Below, piece by piece: positions 60,578-64,000 of a DNA stretch of 64,000 nucleotides; the stretch's first letter is position 1, and every line of letters begins with the position of its first letter. Where the stretch lies: assembly GCA_029858565.1 (NCBI GenBank), contig JAOUEV010000010.1, positions 1 through 64,000 on the forward strand, in the 5' to 3' direction. The stretch is from Nitrospirota bacterium. GTDB taxonomy: Bacteria > Nitrospirota > UBA9217. The notes under the pieces were generated by a model. The model saw only the letters and a program-made list of their open reading frames with translations, was not told where the DNA came from and searched no databases. The position numbers and the translations under genes are program-made.

Positions 60578-60681
60578 TCTCGCGCAAAGCCGCGAAGCTC
60601 GCAAAGAAATTCAATGACAGGGGCTTTGGAAAAGCTGCCTTTTCTTTCAGGCTTACCCTTCCTTTGCGCCTTTGCGCGAAA
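60578..60681. repeat. TCTCGCGC-type palindromic element, copy 4
   Basis: tctcgcgcaaagccgcgaagctcgcaaag ... cctttgcgcctttgcgcgaaa. Confidence 0.75.
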
Positions 60682-60795
60682 AAGGTTTTATTGGGTCGCC
60701 GCTGCTCCCTGCTCGTCCATGACAATCAGGCAATTTCAACCAACTATGCGAAGGAGCTGGATGTTCTCAAAGAGAAGCTGCGCTGCCGCCGTATC

Positions 60796-61254
60796 TCATC
60801 CTGCTCGCTTTCTGCGGCAGCTTTTGCAATATCCATAATATTCATATCTCATCCCCAGGGGCTGAAAATCCGTCTTTTGCCGCACCTGGGCATAGGTGTA
60901 GGGCTGCTTGCCTGGGAAGTCCTCGATCTTTCCGCAGTTCTTGCAGATCAGGTTGATATGGTTCGACACGTTGATATCGTACCGGTTGTCCTGGTCGTAG
61001 AACTCAAGCTCCTGGATCAACCCCTCCCTTTTCAGCATATCAAGGGTGTAATAGACAGTTGATACGCTGACGTGGGGCAGGCTTTTCCTGATCTTTTTCA
61101 ATATGTCAGCAGCCCCTGGATGCGTCAGGTCCTTTGACAGCAGGCTGATGATCGCCAGTCTCTGAGAGGTAAGCTTATACCCCTTCTCTCTAAGCCTTTT
61201 TCGCAGGACCGCTTCGATTTCCCGGGGTGTAGGAGAGCGTTTCATAACGGGCAC
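60796..61254 (-). CDS. perR: Fur-family regulator, PerR-like
   Basis: LTSQRLAI, HP, STVYYTL, RYD, CKNCG and GYCKSC; lies upstream of katG and sodC. Confidence 0.8.
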   Translation of the reverse strand: MPVMKRSPTPREIEAVLRKRLREKGYKLTSQRLAIISLLSKDLTHPGAADILKKIRKSLPHVSVSTVYYTLDMLKREGLIQELEFYDQDNRYDINVSNHINLICKNCGKIEDFPGKQPYTYAQVRQKTDFQPLGMRYEYYGYCKSCRRKRAG

Positions 61255-61310
61255 AAATAGGAATGGTTCCTATTTAGTCTTACTTTAACCCAAATGGGAC
61301 CATTTGTCAA
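61255..61310 (-). promoter_or_regulatory. Promoter with Fur/PerR-type palindromic operator
   Basis: TTGACA-17 nt-TAAAGT (61310-61282); perfect inverted repeat AAATAGGAA-tgg-TTCCTATTT (61255-61275). Confidence 0.75.
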
Positions 61311-61331
61311 ACCCCTGGCGATGCTTCTGTC

Positions 61332-62450
61332 CTATTGGCCCTTCTCGTCTGCAAGGGACACGCTGGTATCATCGTTCACCAGGAACTTCGCTGTCCGGGT
61401 TTGACCCTGTTCCAAGGGACGCGCTTCTCCGCCTGTTTGTTCCGACCCCGGCTTCTCTTTTTGCGGGGCCAGGGCCTCGAGCTTCTGAACAACAGGATCG
61501 TTCGCCGCGTTCGGCCGGGTGATGGAAAGGTAGATCGGCGTATGCCGGATCAGGTCAGGGAACTCGATCGTGTAGATCAGAAGGCTCACGGTCTTCCATT
61601 TGTTGCCGCCCCCTCGCCGGCTGGCCTCTGCTTCGGTCATCAGCTCCTGCTCGTACCCGATGGTCCGGGCGACCACTTTGCCGGTGATCTCCCGTCCCGG
61701 CGCTGCGTTCGCCAGCAGCTCGCTCCTGAGCTCCTTCTGCAGATGGCCGAACTGCTCCTGGTAGCCGCTCTTGATCTTGTGCACCATATACCCGCCCAGG
61801 AACCAGGGGGTCATCACGACGGCGATAGCGATTCCGGCGATCAGGGGAAAGGACAGGCCCGTGATTGGCCGGAAACGGGCGTGGATCTCCCCATAGGTCA
61901 GCGTGCGGGAAGGGTCGTGGGTGCCGAGATACTCGACCGTGTAGGTATACAAGACCATATAGCAGGCAACAAAGATCAGGCAGATAAAGAACAGGACCAA
62001 AGCGCCCATCCAGGGCTTGCGCACCTGCGCGTCCGCGTCCTCCCACCAGTCAAAGCGCGGAGAGCGATAAAAAGCGACCACATCAAAAGCATCGGAGAAC
62101 CGCTCAGCTGCAGGCACGTAGTTGCGCCTGGGATAGATGCGGTAGTCCTTATCAGCGGGAGCGTAGAGCTTCACCCCTGAAGCGTCCGTGTAACCCCGCA
62201 GAGCGCCTTCATGGGTGCTGTTCATGGCGACCAGGGTGACCGGCATTTCCATCAGCACCATGAGACAGATCATCGAGAAAAGATAGAAGAAGCCCATGAC
62301 CAGGAGGATCGGCAGCTGCCTGCGGCTGGCCTGCCAGGACACCACCTCGAAGGCGTCGACCCCGGACAAGCGCGAGAAGAGCCGCAGGCCGCCATAAGCA
62401 ATGCCGACGGCCGCTGCGAGCGTAATGACGATGGTGAGAAGGCATTTCAT
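61332..62450 (-). CDS. Hypothetical membrane protein (about 4 TM)
   Basis: SD aaggag; long ORF with host-like codon usage. Confidence 0.7.
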   Translation of the reverse strand: MKCLLTIVITLAAAVGIAYGGLRLFSRLSGVDAFEVVSWQASRRQLPILLVMGFFYLFSMICLMVLMEMPVTLVAMNSTHEGALRGYTDASGVKLYAPADKDYRIYPRRNYVPAAERFSDAFDVVAFYRSPRFDWWEDADAQVRKPWMGALVLFFICLIFVACYMVLYTYTVEYLGTHDPSRTLTYGEIHARFRPITGLSFPLIAGIAIAVVMTPWFLGGYMVHKIKSGYQEQFGHLQKELRSELLANAAPGREITGKVVARTIGYEQELMTEAEASRRGGGNKWKTVSLLIYTIEFPDLIRHTPIYLSITRPNAANDPVVQKLEALAPQKEKPGSEQTGGEARPLEQGQTRTAKFLVNDDTSVSLADEKGQ

Positions 62451-62521
62451 GGCAGGCTCCTTTCCATGAAACAACGCCCAAGATCAGGTCAAAGCCGTCA
62501 CTATCCGATCCTCTGAAATTC

Positions 62522-63112
62522 CTATTGCCCCATGATCGCCTGCACCAGCTCGACGCCAGCAGCCAGGTCGCGGTCGAAGTCCGCGCGCGCGTAGCCGCCT
62601 TCCAGCAGGAGCGTGGCGCCCTGGTAATTGTCGTAGATCATCACTTCGTTCACAAAGGGCGAGAGCCTGACCAGGGCGTCAGCAACCCCGCGCTGCCTGA
62701 GCAGGGGCAGGTCAAAGGTCCCTTGCGGATAGGCCAGGAGGCAGAACTGCCTGCCTGCCCCGTGGCCCTGGACAATGCCGGCGATCCGGCCCGGTGAACC
62801 CTCAGGCGGAAGGGGCCGCTGCGCTGTGGCGCGTCCGAGGTATATTTCCGCGATCTCGGCGATCGTGCCGATGTGCACGAACAACCTGCCCCTGTTCTCC
62901 ATGACCGCGAACCGCGTGACGCCTGTTTCCCCTTCCCACCACGTTCCCTCGATGCTTGGTTCGTAGGATTCCTTCTCTTTCAGGCCGTAGGCCTTCGCGA
63001 TATCCGCGAGCGACAAACGCGGCGCAGCGGAATGCGGAGGCGCCTGTTGGTCCGGCGCATGCGGCTTCTTGCCTGCAGCGGACTCGCCTTTAAAACGGTC
63101 AAAGAATCCCAT
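62522..63112 (-). CDS. Hypothetical protein with MGFFDRF N-terminus
   Basis: SD ggagg; amphipathic N-terminal motif. Confidence 0.7.
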   Translation of the reverse strand: MGFFDRFKGESAAGKKPHAPDQQAPPHSAAPRLSLADIAKAYGLKEKESYEPSIEGTWWEGETGVTRFAVMENRGRLFVHIGTIAEIAEIYLGRATAQRPLPPEGSPGRIAGIVQGHGAGRQFCLLAYPQGTFDLPLLRQRGVADALVRLSPFVNEVMIYDNYQGATLLLEGGYARADFDRDLAAGVELVQAIMGQ

Positions 63113-63255
63113 GGTTCAAACCTCCCGGTTCAGCATGAAAAAAGGATAGAGGAATCCAACGGGAATGTCAACGGCCCGAGCAGGGCAAGAATGAAAGGTC
63201 TTGTTGCACTTCTGAAAAATAACCTCTAATATGGCCATACCTATAATTTCGGAGG

Positions 63256-63678
63256 ATGATCATGAGAACAAAGACCGTTGCCTCATCAAAGAAAAAGACC
63301 GCCGCTGTTGCAAAGAAGAAGCCGCTTGCTGCGCCAAAAAAGAAACCAGCTGTCCCGGCAAAGGAAAAGCCGGTCTCGCTTGCAAAGCAGAAGCTTGAAT
63401 TGCACAAGCAGGTCATGGAATTCGTCAGATCAGCGTTCAAGAAAAGGCGCATGGCCTATTTCGTAAGCGCTGACGAACGCAAAGGCCGCGCCTATATCAT
63501 GTGCTTTGTTGTGGAGAATGAGTCCGGGTTCTATAAATTGGACTGGGGCTGGCACTGCGGCCTTGCCGAGGCACAGGCGGAAACCGCTCTGATGAACAAG
63601 AAACTGGGCCTGGACGAAGAGGAAGTGAACAAGATCATGATCTCGACCATGGGACCGGCGGCCCGGAAGAAGAAATAG
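63256..63678 (+). CDS. Hypothetical protein with Lys/Ala/Pro-rich N-terminal tail
   Basis: SD ggagg; KKKTAAVAKKKPLAAPKKKP. Confidence 0.7.
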   Translation: MIMRTKTVASSKKKTAAVAKKKPLAAPKKKPAVPAKEKPVSLAKQKLELHKQVMEFVRSAFKKRRMAYFVSADERKGRAYIMCFVVENESGFYKLDWGWHCGLAEAQAETALMNKKLGLDEEEVNKIMISTMGPAARKKK

Positions 63679-63845
63679 CAGGGGGTAAATCTGACACCAG
63701 GGGAAGAGCGGGATAGGGCGTTAGCAGCACTCGGCCCCTTTTGCCCGAGGTTTCCCTGGTGTTCAGAGAGTGTTATTTACAAGGGATGGGGCAACAAAAG
63801 CCTCCGCTCTGCGCAATCTGTGGACGAAGGTCTCCATATTCTTTT

Positions 63846-64000
63846 CTATCCGCCCGATTGTTTCGGTTGATACCCGATCTTCCCCAGCTCCGCCATGATC
63901 CCGTCGCAATGGTCCCCCTGGATCTCGAGCGCGCCATTCTTCAAAGCGCCGCGGGTGCCGAATCTTGTCTTTAACTTCTTCAGAAGCTTTTCACCGTCCT
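63846..64000 (-). CDS. yciH: SUI1/YciH-family translation initiation factor, C-terminal part
   Basis: Hand translation ...LLKKLKTRFGTRGALKNGALEIQGDHCDGIMAELGKIGYQPKQSGG*. Confidence 0.85.
   Translation of the reverse strand, partial: DGEKLLKKLKTRFGTRGALKNGALEIQGDHCDGIMAELGKIGYQPKQSGG

Overview
A GC-rich bacterial chromosomal window. Gene content (AhbD haem synthesis, DUF4388/MshEN proteins, a multihaem cytochrome, hgcAB) suggests an anaerobic Nitrospirota- or Desulfobacterota-like organism; this taxonomy is inference. Housekeeping and signalling genes (rsmE fragment, dusB, hybrid kinase, uup-type ABC-F, ahbD, nagA, cysteine synthase, clpS, MCP, pilT, perR-katG-sodC, yciH fragment) are interleaved with accessory modules. 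These are: (i) a mercury-methylation operon, hgcC-like regulator/SAM methyltransferase/hgcA/hgcB; (ii) an adjacent lower-GC, decaying defence island with an internally deleted type III-like restriction helicase, MazG, an AlbA_2-ATPase and an apparent chimeric gene; (iii) a TusA/YeeE/DsrEFH-like sulfur-relay cluster; (iv) a sigma54-driven Cys-rich ABC operon; (v) a variable locus at an AmpG-like gene with a 183-bp duplication, a beta-propeller lipoprotein and a Phd-VapC pair; and (vi) a CFI-box-CTERM protein paired with an outer-membrane beta-barrel. Intergenic DNA carries several families of palindromic, short-period repeat elements, and one ~210-240 bp element is duplicated around an RNA methyltransferase gene. 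Several small ORFs below the ORF-track cutoff were read by hand. No rRNA, tRNA or CRISPR array was seen. All family assignments come from motif recognition, not from database searches.
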